Source: a virus
Taxonomy: Duplodnaviria; Heunggongvirae; Uroviricota; Caudoviricetes
DNA length: 64,000 bases
Reading direction: 5' to 3' (one strand)
Virus record (IMG/VR): IMGVR_UViG_3300031994_000015
Location: 30,276-94,275 of that record
This document shows, in pieces, positions 1 to 9,345 of the stretch. The notes beneath the pieces were generated by a model. That model saw only the letters and a list, made by a program, of their open reading frames with translations. It was not told where the DNA came from and did not search any database. The first letter of the stretch is position 1. Every line of letters begins with the position of its first letter. The translations under genes and the position numbers were made by a program.

Positions 1-14
1 GTAATATAGTCAAT

Positions 15-299
15 ATGGATTCATATTCTAAAAATTCATTTGATAATAATATTTGGGAATTTATTGATTGTAGTTGGGATAAAAATCGTGATTATGAAGT
101 AATTGATATAACTAACATTGGTGAAAAATATATTAAATTGACACTTAGGAGAACTGTTCCTTATAAGGGTCGTGATGGTAAAAATTCTTATTATCCTAAG
201 AAACGTATCATCTTTGACAAGGATGGAGTATCAAAAACTCAGTATTGTTCTTCATCACCTGGATCATCCTGGAAAAAAGTAATTACAATTATTAAGTAA
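15..299 (+). CDS. hypothetical protein
   Basis: ORF track, AT-rich leader. Confidence 0.7.
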   Translation: MDSYSKNSFDNNIWEFIDCSWDKNRDYEVIDITNIGEKYIKLTLRRTVPYKGRDGKNSYYPKKRIIFDKDGVSKTQYCSSSPGSSWKKVITIIK

Positions 300-311
300 T
301 TTTATCATAAT

Positions 312-524
312 ATGAAAAGAATTTTTGATATTATTTTTGGGTTTATGTGTGCAACTACTTTCATTATTGTAGGATTTCCCCAAGGTTCATTTACGTTTGA
401 TAATTTTAGATATTGGGTAGGAGCGGCATTTGGTATAGGTTTAGCTTATTGTATTGGTGCTTGGAATAAACAGAGAATTGATAAGCTTGAAGAGGAAATA
501 GAAGATCTTAAAAACAACAAGTAA
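312..524 (+). CDS. small membrane protein
   Basis: two hydrophobic segments plus coiled C-terminus. Confidence 0.7.
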   Translation: MKRIFDIIFGFMCATTFIIVGFPQGSFTFDNFRYWVGAAFGIGLAYCIGAWNKQRIDKLEEEIEDLKNNK

Positions 525-525
525 T

Positions 526-882
526 ATGACAAATATTAAAGAGTACATGGAAGGTAAGGAGTTCTTTAAATGGAACCCATTTTTGAAAGGTTACATGTCT
601 AATGAAGAGCGTAAGATGCCTATTCAATGGAGCAATACCCATTTTTATTTCTTTTGCAAGCATGCTGATCTTTTAGGAGCTCCTCTTGAGGTAAGAGTAA
701 TTTCAAAATACAAGTTTACTGATTACCAAAAAGAATTCATGCGAGCATTCATGCAATTTGTATTTGAATGGAAAAATGAAGTATGGGATCACCTAAATGG
801 GTATTCAGGTATTGACTGCATTGAGTTTGAATTTGACGAGAATATTGATATTAAGTTTTTTGGTGGTTTTCGTATGGATTGA
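526..882 (+). CDS. hypothetical protein
   Basis: ORF track, tight packing. Confidence 0.75.
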   Translation: MTNIKEYMEGKEFFKWNPFLKGYMSNEERKMPIQWSNTHFYFFCKHADLLGAPLEVRVISKYKFTDYQKEFMRAFMQFVFEWKNEVWDHLNGYSGIDCIEFEFDENIDIKFFGGFRMD

Positions 883-918
883 GGTAATATTTAATTATTA
901 CCTCAATTTTATATTATA

Positions 919-946
919 TTGAATTTTTAGATAAAGTTTCTATATT
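919..946 (+). promoter_or_regulatory. conserved phage early-type promoter motif TTGAA-N16-CTATATT
   Basis: exact copy in intergenic gap upstream of ORF 970. Confidence 0.75.
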
Positions 947-969
947 TATAATATAAAACAAATATAGAT

Positions 970-1251
970 ATGACAAATAAAATCAACGTTCAGATTTGGG
1001 AAACTAAGCCACTTACTAATGATGATGTTTTATATCAGCTTCATGAAGGAGGTACTAAGATGGTTATTGGTAATAAGAAAATGACTTCTCAAATCTCTTG
1101 GGCTCCTGATAATATGATTGAAATTATTACTATTAAGAATGGTAAGGAGTTCAATCATTTCTTTAATAAGTTCGAAGAGATGGAGACAATCAATTGGATT
1201 CGTAGAACATATCCAACTGAAGATTTTTATTTAGGTTATTTTGAAGATTAA
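970..1251 (+). CDS. hypothetical protein
   Basis: ORF directly after promoter motif. Confidence 0.75.
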   Translation: MTNKINVQIWETKPLTNDDVLYQLHEGGTKMVIGNKKMTSQISWAPDNMIEIITIKNGKEFNHFFNKFEEMETINWIRRTYPTEDFYLGYFED

Positions 1252-1253
1252 AT

Positions 1254-1676
1254 ATGAATATCGTAAAATCATTTGAAGCGGCATTTAAGCGTGCTAAAGA
1301 AAAGAATTGGGATTATATCTATGTTCTTGTAGATATTCATGGCACGATCTTTCACCCATCTTATTATAATAAAGAAGCATATCAATATTATCCTTGGGCC
1401 CAGGAGGCATTGCAAATGCTTACAGCAGATTCAAGAATTAAATTGATTCTTTGGAGTTCATCGTATCAGGAAGAAGCAGGTTTTTATATCATGCACATGC
1501 AAAAGGATTCTATTAAGTTTGATTATTATAATGAGAATCCTGAAGTAACAAATACCGATTTACAATGTTTTGATAGTAAATTGTATTTTAATGTAGGTAT
1601 TGATGATAAATTTGGTTTTGAACCACTAGAAGATTGGAAACTAATATTTGATTATTTAAGACAAAATCATGAATAA
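1254..1676 (+). CDS. HAD-superfamily-like phage protein
   Basis: VLVDIHGT (DxxGT) N-terminal motif, LILWSS, C-terminal IDDK. Confidence 0.6.
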   Translation: MNIVKSFEAAFKRAKEKNWDYIYVLVDIHGTIFHPSYYNKEAYQYYPWAQEALQMLTADSRIKLILWSSSYQEEAGFYIMHMQKDSIKFDYYNENPEVTNTDLQCFDSKLYFNVGIDDKFGFEPLEDWKLIFDYLRQNHE

Positions 1677-2028
1677 AACTAAAATATGTACATTAGATTT
1701 ACCAGAAGATAATAGAAAATATCCTGGACAACAATGTCAGAATGACAAAATTAATTATAAGTTCCGTCAGCTACATAAACATATTATAAATGATATTATT
1801 ACATTTTGTAATGCATATCATATCAGTATTGATGAAATACATATTGATGCTGATGGTTTAGCTGGTTCTATTGAATGTGGGTCTTGGCAAGCATGTACTG
1901 ATTCATCTTTTGTATTAAATAAATTTACAGATGAATATAAAGATGTTATATCAATGAAGAAAATAGTTTCTCAAGAAGAATATAATAGAATAAAATTAGA
2001 ACAAGAACCCTATTTATTTAGTATATAA
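1669..2028 (+). CDS. hypothetical protein
   Basis: ORF track, 8-nt overlap with previous gene. Confidence 0.75.
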   Translation: MNKTKICTLDLPEDNRKYPGQQCQNDKINYKFRQLHKHIINDIITFCNAYHISIDEIHIDADGLAGSIECGSWQACTDSSFVLNKFTDEYKDVISMKKIVSQEEYNRIKLEQEPYLFSI

Positions 2029-2029
2029 T

Positions 2030-2314
2030 ATGGATTATAATTTCGAAAATTTAGAGGAGGCAAATATTTTTTCAGCAAAAGTAGCTCGTGCAATGACAGA
2101 TAAAGCTCGTGAGGAAGATATGTCATGTTTGAAGCCTATTATGGAGAAAATCCAAAAGAATGCACGAATGAAAGATTATCATTGCTATATTAGTGCAACA
2201 ACTCCTGATTATGTATTAGAAAAATTAAGGAGATTAGGATATACAGTTCAGTTAATTAAAGGAGATCCAAGAGATCCACGAGAAACTGATACTATAAAAA
2301 TATGTTGGAAATGA
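2030..2314 (+). CDS. hypothetical protein (LGYxV...I.W family, similar to 50156..50380)
   Basis: ORF track; shared C-terminal pattern. Confidence 0.7.
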   Translation: MDYNFENLEEANIFSAKVARAMTDKAREEDMSCLKPIMEKIQKNARMKDYHCYISATTPDYVLEKLRRLGYTVQLIKGDPRDPRETDTIKICWK

Positions 2315-2317
2315 TTA

Positions 2318-2839
2318 ATGGTTCATTATGTAGATGAATGTAAATTTAGAGAAGCTTTACAGCAATTATGGAATTATGATTCATTAGAATTATTTTTTAA
2401 AATAGTGATTGTACCAGAAGGATTTGATGAAAATAATAAAAGATATAAAATCACTTTTGGTAACAATCATTATCCATTTAAGGGGTGTGAATTGACAAGT
2501 TGGCAAAGATCATATATCAATAAAAATAGAGGATATGATTTTATGCGAACTTGTTACTATTTAAATAAAGAAGAAGAATTTGAAATTATAAATCGTCTAA
2601 GGAGAGCAGAAAAATATTTAGAAGAAGTACAATTATTATTTCAAGCTTTTAAAAGACAAATCGAAAAATTATATTCAATACAAGGCTTAGATGATTTTAA
2701 TAAAGAGTGTGATGTATTAATTTGGATAGATACAGATGAAGTTACAAAAGTAGCACAAGATTATATTGATTCTTGTCCTTATATATTATTGCATACAGAT
2801 TGGGTAGAGGGCGGATATAAATTACAAGACAAAAAATAA
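2318..2839 (+). CDS. hypothetical protein
   Basis: ORF track. Confidence 0.75.
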   Translation: MVHYVDECKFREALQQLWNYDSLELFFKIVIVPEGFDENNKRYKITFGNNHYPFKGCELTSWQRSYINKNRGYDFMRTCYYLNKEEEFEIINRLRRAEKYLEEVQLLFQAFKRQIEKLYSIQGLDDFNKECDVLIWIDTDEVTKVAQDYIDSCPYILLHTDWVEGGYKLQDKK

Positions 2840-2841
2840 TT

Positions 2842-3045
2842 ATGAGAGGAAAAGTAAAATTATATTGTGGATGTTTTAATCATTATGCAACTATTTGGTT
2901 AGATGAAATTAAATCTATGGAACAAAATGGTGCATATTGGTTTATTGAAATGAAAGATGGTAACATATGGGAAGATGCAACTAATGCAGTTATTACATAT
3001 GATGAAAATAAAAAAATAGGATATTTTATTGAAAATGAAAATTAA
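2842..3045 (+). CDS. hypothetical protein
   Basis: ORF track. Confidence 0.7.
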   Translation: MRGKVKLYCGCFNHYATIWLDEIKSMEQNGAYWFIEMKDGNIWEDATNAVITYDENKKIGYFIENEN

Positions 3046-3355
3046 TGAAAAAAGATTTTTAAAAGAAAGTGATAAAACAGGGCGTTTTATCGTAAAATCA
3101 AAAATAACAGGAAAGAAATATTTTGTAGAACCTATTGGTAATACACATGCTGCTGATTGGGGAGATTTAGATCCTGCAACAAAAAAGATGACAGGATCTT
3201 ATGGAGAACGTTATGAAGGATGCGTATCAGAAAAGGATTCTCTTATAACTGAAGCAAATGGATTTGAAAAAATTGAATTATTAGGTCCTGGTGTTTCACC
3301 ATTATCAGAAATTGATAGAAGAGATAGAGAATATCAAAAACAAATGGGTTTATAA
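3029..3355 (+). CDS. hypothetical protein
   Basis: ORF track. Confidence 0.75.
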   Translation: MKMKINEKRFLKESDKTGRFIVKSKITGKKYFVEPIGNTHAADWGDLDPATKKMTGSYGERYEGCVSEKDSLITEANGFEKIELLGPGVSPLSEIDRRDREYQKQMGL

Positions 3356-3356
3356 T

Positions 3357-3551
3357 ATGACAACAAAAGAACAAGTAGATAAAGCATGGGAAGAATATCG
3401 TGATTTTAGATATAAAGAATTTGGTGGACCTGGAAATGGATGTGATGACTATAGAGATTGCTCACCAGAAGTTTCAGCTAAAATGAATAAATTATATAAA
3501 ATAGCTATAAATTTGCAAAAAGAATATGAAGAAGGACAACATTTACGTTGA
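3357..3551 (+). CDS. hypothetical protein
   Basis: ATG at 3357 right after previous stop (track start 3291 is too long). Confidence 0.7.
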   Translation: MTTKEQVDKAWEEYRDFRYKEFGGPGNGCDDYRDCSPEVSAKMNKLYKIAINLQKEYEEGQHLR

Positions 3552-3852
3552 TAATGATGTTTGGAAATTCAAAATTGATTTAAAAAATAATTATGTAGAA
3601 AAAACTATTTATACCAAACCATTACCTGATTTTCCTATTGGTGAATATAAATCAGAAGAACAAGTTCAAAAATTTTATGATGATCAAGAAAATTTAGTTC
3701 AAGAAAAATATTTTACAAAAGAACGTATTCAAGAACTAAAAGATTATTTTTGCAAATTAATTCAAGAAGATGAAAATCCATTTTATATTTGTTGTGTAGA
3801 TAAAGATGGTGGATATAATGTTACAAAAGATCAATTATTTAGTTTAGATTAA
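3526..3852 (+). CDS. hypothetical protein
   Basis: ORF track. Confidence 0.7.
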   Translation: MKKDNIYVDNDVWKFKIDLKNNYVEKTIYTKPLPDFPIGEYKSEEQVQKFYDDQENLVQEKYFTKERIQELKDYFCKLIQEDENPFYICCVDKDGGYNVTKDQLFSLD

Positions 3853-3856
3853 TATT

Positions 3857-4066
3857 ATGGAAGAGAATCCACAAGAAATTTATATAGTATGTGATAATAA
3901 GTATGGACATTATACTATTCATTTTGATGAACCTAAATTTGACGAAAAATCTGGAATATTTAGATCTCTTAATGGACAATGGACAGATGTGCCTGATTTA
4001 AGATGGTGGTTAGATAGTTTAGAGCCAGGACATTATTTAAAATTTAAATTAGAAAAGTATGTGTAA
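3857..4066 (+). CDS. hypothetical protein
   Basis: ORF track. Confidence 0.7.
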   Translation: MEENPQEIYIVCDNKYGHYTIHFDEPKFDEKSGIFRSLNGQWTDVPDLRWWLDSLEPGHYLKFKLEKYV

Positions 4067-4232
4067 GGAATATATTATATATGAATCTGAATTACCTTGG
4101 TGGTTTTTCTGGTTACATCCATCGGATAATGGCATATTTGAACATTATGGTGAGGTTTGTTATGGTGGAATTCCTCCAAAAAGGTATTGGAAATATATTA
4201 AAAACAGATATCCAGAATTAGATAAAGAATAA
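4059..4232 (+). CDS. small hypothetical protein (57 aa, MCKEYIIYESELPWWFFW...)
   Basis: manually translated; fills gap, 8-nt overlap. Confidence 0.6.
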   Translation: MCKEYIIYESELPWWFFWLHPSDNGIFEHYGEVCYGGIPPKRYWKYIKNRYPELDKE

Positions 4233-4252
4233 TTATTTAGTTTAGATTAAAT

Positions 4253-4885
4253 ATGAAAGAAGAATTTTTAGATTTATATAATAAATGGCATTCATCATAT
4301 ATATTTAGTGCTTTTGGTTCATCTGATCCAAGAGCTAAAAGATATTATGATGCTTTAATTGAATGGTGCAAGAATCACCATGATGAAACATTACAATATG
4401 TTAGAGAACTATTATTAGAAGAACCTAGTGATGTAGTTCGAGTGTTAGATGATTTATATACAAAAGAATATAATTTTGAAGTTAAAGGTTATTGTCCTTT
4501 AGATGTTTATTGTAATTTTTGGTTGAATATCACTACACCAGGATTTGAGAAAGGTGGAATTATGGTAGATTATTATAAAGGTTATAATGAATATAAAGAT
4601 TATATGAAAAAGAATTATATTTCATGGAGACCTAATTTAGAAGATGATCCAAATGTCACTATTGAAGAATATATACAAGGAAAAAGAAATAATAAGAATA
4701 TAAAAAGAAAGTGGCATGAATTTCCTTTGTCAATATTAAAAGATGAAGAACTTGAAACTCTTTATAATGAAGGACATATTGGTGATATGACTAAGTATAT
4801 TGCTGAATTGCATCATTTTTATAATCAAGTTGAAGAAGAGATTAAATGTAGGAAATTAAAGAAAAATGAAAGCAAAAGCAAATAA
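4253..4885 (+). CDS. hypothetical protein
   Basis: ORF track, 210 aa. Confidence 0.8.
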   Translation: MKEEFLDLYNKWHSSYIFSAFGSSDPRAKRYYDALIEWCKNHHDETLQYVRELLLEEPSDVVRVLDDLYTKEYNFEVKGYCPLDVYCNFWLNITTPGFEKGGIMVDYYKGYNEYKDYMKKNYISWRPNLEDDPNVTIEEYIQGKRNNKNIKRKWHEFPLSILKDEELETLYNEGHIGDMTKYIAELHHFYNQVEEEIKCRKLKKNESKSK

Positions 4886-5150
4886 ATATTATAAATTAAA
4901 TTCTAATTATTCATATTTTTGTGTAACTATACAAAGATTTGTAAAATTTTTAGGTTTAGTTGTAGTCAAAGCTGAAAATGCCGGAATATTAGATCCAACT
5001 CATTATGGATATTTAGTTGATACAAGTAATCCATTTGGGCCGGATTATGATTCAAAATTATGTGAAATTACATTTACTGATGCCGATATTATTGATGAAT
5101 ATCAATTAAAAGATATGCCTTTAATGTATATGGATTTCACTCAAAAATAA
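4866..5150 (+). CDS. hypothetical protein
   Basis: ORF track. Confidence 0.7.
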   Translation: MKAKANKYYKLNSNYSYFCVTIQRFVKFLGLVVVKAENAGILDPTHYGYLVDTSNPFGPDYDSKLCEITFTDADIIDEYQLKDMPLMYMDFTQK

Positions 5151-5156
5151 TTTAGT

Positions 5157-5363
5157 ATGATAGGAAAGATTTTAGATAATATAATAGGACTTATTATATA
5201 TACAATAATGTTCTTTGGGATATTAAGGATTGGTTTTAATTCAGAAATGATTCCTACTAATCAATGTTTTTCAATATCTTTTATATTAGCATTCTTTGCT
5301 GGAGAAATAAATAATCTTGAAAGAGTAATAAGAGAACTTTTTGATAAGAATTATATGAAATAA
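5157..5363 (+). CDS. small membrane protein
   Basis: two hydrophobic segments. Confidence 0.7.
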   Translation: MIGKILDNIIGLIIYTIMFFGILRIGFNSEMIPTNQCFSISFILAFFAGEINNLERVIRELFDKNYMK

Positions 5364-5414
5364 TTTGTTGGTAAAACTATTTTATTTTTATATATAAGAG
5401 TTCTTTTATTTATT

Positions 5415-5805
5415 GGGGTCATTTTGGTATTTGATTGGTAAGTTGAATATTGAAATCATGCAGGAGCGTTGAATCCTTAAATTTGACAAAACAATAAATG
5501 CTAATGATGAATTAGTTGACGAAGCTTGGCTTGACAGCTGGGAGTATCGTATGGCTGCTTAATCCCTCAGGGATACCATTTTACAGAGTTAGGTTATAAA
5601 TAAGCATAGCCGGCGCAGTGGGAACCTACGGGTCGGGCAACAGAAGTCCCACACAAGAGTTTTCTACATGAATCTTTAACTTAATAAAGAACAATGAACC
5701 TCCTTTCTGTGGTTGTCGAACCCAAATAATCGACTAAGCATGTTAATTAAAAGTTTCAATAGGATAGTTATTAAGACGTCGGTTCGAATCCGACTGGCTC
5801 CACGA
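5415..5805 (+). ncRNA. ssrA: tmRNA
   Basis: 5' GGGGTCA pairs with 3' TGGCTCC (G3:U70 Ala identity), T-arm GTCGG-TTCGAAT-CCGAC, discriminator A5802, internal tag frame 5500-5562 (ATAAAT|GCT resume context) ending MAA-TAA. Confidence 0.93.
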
Positions 5806-6065
5806 TTTGGCAGGTGGAATAGACACCATGTTTAGCAAGTGAACTGGAATCACAAGGGTTTGATGTAATCATGTTACCTAACAAGGGGATCCATTAAAAG
5901 ACTGAATGGTTATCAGAAATTCGTTTTTTAAGAGATTTTGCGACGTTAACAAAAAGCTTAGTTTTGCTAATATTTCTTTAAAAATTAGCCGGGTGAAGAA
6001 GATGGCGTAAACAATTTCTATAGAGGCAAATAAGTACATAAATACTAGTTAAATTTATTTGTATC
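5806..6065 (+). ncRNA. candidate unknown structured RNA downstream of tmRNA
   Basis: no ORF, visibly GC-richer than flanks, several short hairpins, ends in terminator. Confidence 0.3.
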
Positions 6066-6066
6066 G

Positions 6067-6092
6067 AGAGGGCTTAATCAACCCTCTTTTTT
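6067..6092 (+). terminator. intrinsic terminator
   Basis: AGAGGG/CCCTCT stem plus T run. Confidence 0.7.
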
Positions 6093-6118
6093 ATTTTTAA
6101 AAAAGATAATATATAGAT

Positions 6119-7057
6119 ATGAATTGTGCAATAATAGCATGTCTTAAGAGAGAAGAATTATATGTCAGAGAATGGTTAGATTGGCATATAAGTATAGGTG
6201 TAGATCATTTTTATCTATGTGACAATAATGATAAAGATTATGAACCTAAATTACAAGATATTATTAAAGATTATATAGATCAAGGAATAGTTGAAGTATT
6301 TGATTATTCTGGAGTACATCCTATTCAACCAATTTGTTATACTGATATTTATGATAAATATGGTGATTTATATGATTGGTGGATGATAATTGATATAGAT
6401 GAATTTTTAACTATACCAATTACGAATAATGATTTGAAGGATTTTTTGAGTTTACCATACATAGAAGATAAATATAATATTGCTTTAATGTGGAGAAACT
6501 ATGGTGATAATGATTTGTTAGAATATGATGGTAGAGGATGTTTAGAAAGATTTACTAAACCAGCAACTTCATTTAAAGGTGGTAAATATCGAGTTATAAA
6601 TGGTGTATCTAATATAACTAAATCATTATTTAGAAATAAACAAACTATTTACGATAAATTTAAAGTAATACCAAGAATATATTCACAACATAATGTTTTT
6701 AACAATAAAAAAGAAATTCATATTCCAAGATTTGATGTAATTAATCAATCTATAGGGCAATCTTCTGATGTTTTCCATAAAATTAGAATAATGAAAGATT
6801 GTTATAAATTAAATGGATTTTGGAAAAAATATTCTAATCAAATTTATAATGTATGTTATTTGAAACATTTTATAACAAAAACTTTACAAGAATATATAGG
6901 AAAAATAGATAGAGGTTATACATTAAAAATTGAAAGTCATGAAAAATTTCCTTATGATTTGGGAAAATTTTTTAGTATATCACAAGAAACAGATGAAAAA
7001 GATAAATATCTTTTTGAACATTATAATATAAAAAGAGGAAAATATATAGATAAATGA
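6119..7057 (+). CDS. glycosyltransferase (GT92/GT2-like)
   Basis: CAIIACLKREELYVREWLDWH..GVDHFYLCDNN, IIDIDEF (DxD) motif. Confidence 0.8.
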   Translation: MNCAIIACLKREELYVREWLDWHISIGVDHFYLCDNNDKDYEPKLQDIIKDYIDQGIVEVFDYSGVHPIQPICYTDIYDKYGDLYDWWMIIDIDEFLTIPITNNDLKDFLSLPYIEDKYNIALMWRNYGDNDLLEYDGRGCLERFTKPATSFKGGKYRVINGVSNITKSLFRNKQTIYDKFKVIPRIYSQHNVFNNKKEIHIPRFDVINQSIGQSSDVFHKIRIMKDCYKLNGFWKKYSNQIYNVCYLKHFITKTLQEYIGKIDRGYTLKIESHEKFPYDLGKFFSISQETDEKDKYLFEHYNIKRGKYIDK

Positions 7058-8007
7058 AATGTGCCATAATAGCATGTCTTAAGAGAGAAGAATTATATGT
7101 CAGAGAATGGTTAGATTGGCATATAAGTATAGGTGTAGATCATTTTTATCTATGTGATAATAATGATAAAGATTATGAACCTAAATTAAAAGATGTTGTA
7201 AAGGATTATATAGAACGAGGAATAGTTGAAGTATTTGATTATTCTGGAGTACATCCTATTCAACCAATTTGCTATACTGATATTTATGACAAATATGGTG
7301 ATTTATATGATTGGTGGATGGTAATTGATATAGATGAATTTTTAACTATACCAATTACTAATAATGATTTGAAGGGTTTTTTAAGTTTACCATATATAGA
7401 AGATAAATATAATATTGCTTTAATGTGGAGAAACTATGGTGATAATGATTTGTTAGAATATGATGGTAGAGGATGTTTAGAAAGATTTACCAAACTGGCG
7501 ACATCATTTAAAGATGACCAATATAGAATTATAAATGGAGTTTCTAATGTAACTAAATCATTATTTAGAAATAAAAAAACTATTTATAATAAATTCGGAA
7601 TAATACCAAGAATATATTATCAACATAATGTATTTGATAACAAAAGAGATAATCCTAAAGATCCTATTAATTTTATACCTCGACATGATGTACATGGATT
7701 TCCTGTAGGTAAAAAAACTAAAGTATTTAATTCTAATATAATGATATATAATGATAAATTAACAGGATTTTGGAAATATTATTCTAATAGAATTTATAAT
7801 CAATGTTATTTGAAACATTTTATAACAAAAACTTTACAAGAATATATGTGGAAAATAGATAGAGGTGATACATTAATAATTAAAGATAATTCAAAATATC
7901 CATATAATTTTGGACATTTCTTTGCCATATCACAAGAAACGGATGAAAAGGATAAATATCTATATGAACATTATAGAATAAAAAGAGGAAAATATAAAAA
8001 CAAATAA
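7054..8007 (+). CDS. glycosyltransferase (GT92/GT2-like), tandem paralog
   Basis: near-identical N-terminal half to 6119..7057, VIDIDEF. Confidence 0.8.
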   Translation: MKCAIIACLKREELYVREWLDWHISIGVDHFYLCDNNDKDYEPKLKDVVKDYIERGIVEVFDYSGVHPIQPICYTDIYDKYGDLYDWWMVIDIDEFLTIPITNNDLKGFLSLPYIEDKYNIALMWRNYGDNDLLEYDGRGCLERFTKLATSFKDDQYRIINGVSNVTKSLFRNKKTIYNKFGIIPRIYYQHNVFDNKRDNPKDPINFIPRHDVHGFPVGKKTKVFNSNIMIYNDKLTGFWKYYSNRIYNQCYLKHFITKTLQEYMWKIDRGDTLIIKDNSKYPYNFGHFFAISQETDEKDKYLYEHYRIKRGKYKNK

Positions 8008-8019
8008 TATTAAAATTTT

Positions 8020-8051
8020 AAGCTAGGAATTTGAAATTCCTAGCTTTTTTT
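8020..8051 (+). terminator. intrinsic terminator overlapping next promoter
   Basis: AAGCTAGGAAT/ATTCCTAGCTT stem plus T run. Confidence 0.8.
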
Positions 8052-8058
8052 CTATATT
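8031..8058 (+). promoter_or_regulatory. TTGAA-N16-CTATATT promoter motif
   Basis: exact copy. Confidence 0.75.
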
Positions 8059-8083
8059 ATATTTGTAAAACAAAATAATTATT

Positions 8084-8353
8084 ATGAGAGATAAAAAAAG
8101 ACCCCAGTACATTGAGAAGCAACTTAAGGAGATTAATGATTATTTTCGTAATGTTCGTTTGAAGTTTGATAGCAAATACGATGATAGTCTTTTCTGTTGG
8201 TTTACTCAGTATCTTCTTTCTCATGGTTGGTATCGTGGTTTTAATATGCATTATGATAAAGAGGTAGAATATTCAGATGGTACTACCAAGGTAATTAGAG
8301 CTTTGGCAGGTCCTGACTATGAAAAGAAAGATTATTATATTCAAATTTGGTAA
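8084..8353 (+). CDS. hypothetical protein
   Basis: ORF after promoter motif. Confidence 0.75.
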   Translation: MRDKKRPQYIEKQLKEINDYFRNVRLKFDSKYDDSLFCWFTQYLLSHGWYRGFNMHYDKEVEYSDGTTKVIRALAGPDYEKKDYYIQIW

Positions 8354-8358
8354 TTATT

Positions 8359-8619
8359 ATGATGTTAAAAATATCTGAAGGTTCAAAGAAAAGATGCCGC
8401 TCTCAGTTCCCAATAAAAAGAATTGGCAAGATTATTAATAGCGCAGTTCTTCTCTTAGATTTGACTCCAGTAGAAATTGTTATTTCAGAATGTATTTATG
8501 ATTCAGATAATCCAAATCTTTATAATGTACTTCTTTATTTGATTAGAGAAAACTGTAAAGACGAAAATATAATTAACGAACTTAAATCATTTAATTATAT
8601 TTATAAAGATGAAGATTAA
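8359..8619 (+). CDS. hypothetical protein
   Basis: ORF track, ATG start chosen. Confidence 0.65.
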   Translation: MMLKISEGSKKRCRSQFPIKRIGKIINSAVLLLDLTPVEIVISECIYDSDNPNLYNVLLYLIRENCKDENIINELKSFNYIYKDED

Positions 8620-8998
8620 ATATTTAGAATCTAATAATAAATACTATATTCAAGCATTCAACGAAGATGATATGTGGTTAAGCACAGTCATTATTGATAT
8701 TGAATGTGATGAATTTCCAAGGTATAAAGAATATTGTAATGGAAATAAATTAGCTAAGATTATAAGAGTTGAAACTAACCCAAATTATGTAGGTAAAGGA
8801 TATGCATCTAAACTTATAAAGTTGGCCCTTAATAAATTCAAAACTTACAATATAGTTTTATTATGTAGTCCTTGTAAAAGATGGGAAGATACTGATACTT
8901 TAAAAACTGCCAAAGATTTACAAATATTCTATTCAAAATTTGGTTTTGTAAGAACCAATGAACTTTTACCTACAATGATTTATAAAGCAAATATTTAA
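8609..8998 (+). CDS. GNAT family N-acetyltransferase
   Basis: VETNPNYVGKGYASKLI acetyl-CoA motif A; FYSKFGF motif. Confidence 0.8.
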   Translation: MKIKYLESNNKYYIQAFNEDDMWLSTVIIDIECDEFPRYKEYCNGNKLAKIIRVETNPNYVGKGYASKLIKLALNKFKTYNIVLLCSPCKRWEDTDTLKTAKDLQIFYSKFGFVRTNELLPTMIYKANI

Positions 8999-8999
8999 T

Positions 9000-9278
9000 A
9001 TGAAATTTATTAGTTTTAAGAAATATAAAGAATATCTTGAATCATTTGGATATGTTCAGGAAAAAAATGCAAGTGAATATTATAATTTAGGTTTTATAAC
9101 ATATTTCTTTTCAAAGCCTGATGAAAAACTTAAGTATACTGTAAACGTATATACTAATAAAGATTTTAAACCAACAGATAAAGTAATGTCCATTGCCCAT
9201 GGGTATGGAAGCCCTTATCTTGGTTGGAATTCAGTTAAAGTAGATATGCGTAGAAAATTTTGGAAAGATTTATGTTGA
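9000..9278 (+). CDS. hypothetical protein
   Basis: ORF track. Confidence 0.7.
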   Translation: MKFISFKKYKEYLESFGYVQEKNASEYYNLGFITYFFSKPDEKLKYTVNVYTNKDFKPTDKVMSIAHGYGSPYLGWNSVKVDMRRKFWKDLC

Positions 9279-9295
9279 TATTTTTCTAATATAAT

Positions 9296-9323
9296 TTGAA
9301 TTTTTTAAAATAGTTTCTATATT
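9296..9323 (+). promoter_or_regulatory. TTGAA-N16-CTATATT promoter motif
   Basis: exact copy. Confidence 0.75.
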
Positions 9324-9345
9324 ATAATTGTAAAACAGAAACAAA

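Larger units (their letters stand above)
3833..4250. repeat. 20-bp exact direct repeat AATTATTTAGTTTAGATTAA (3833-3852 and 4231-4250)
   Basis: read directly from sequence. Confidence 0.85.
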
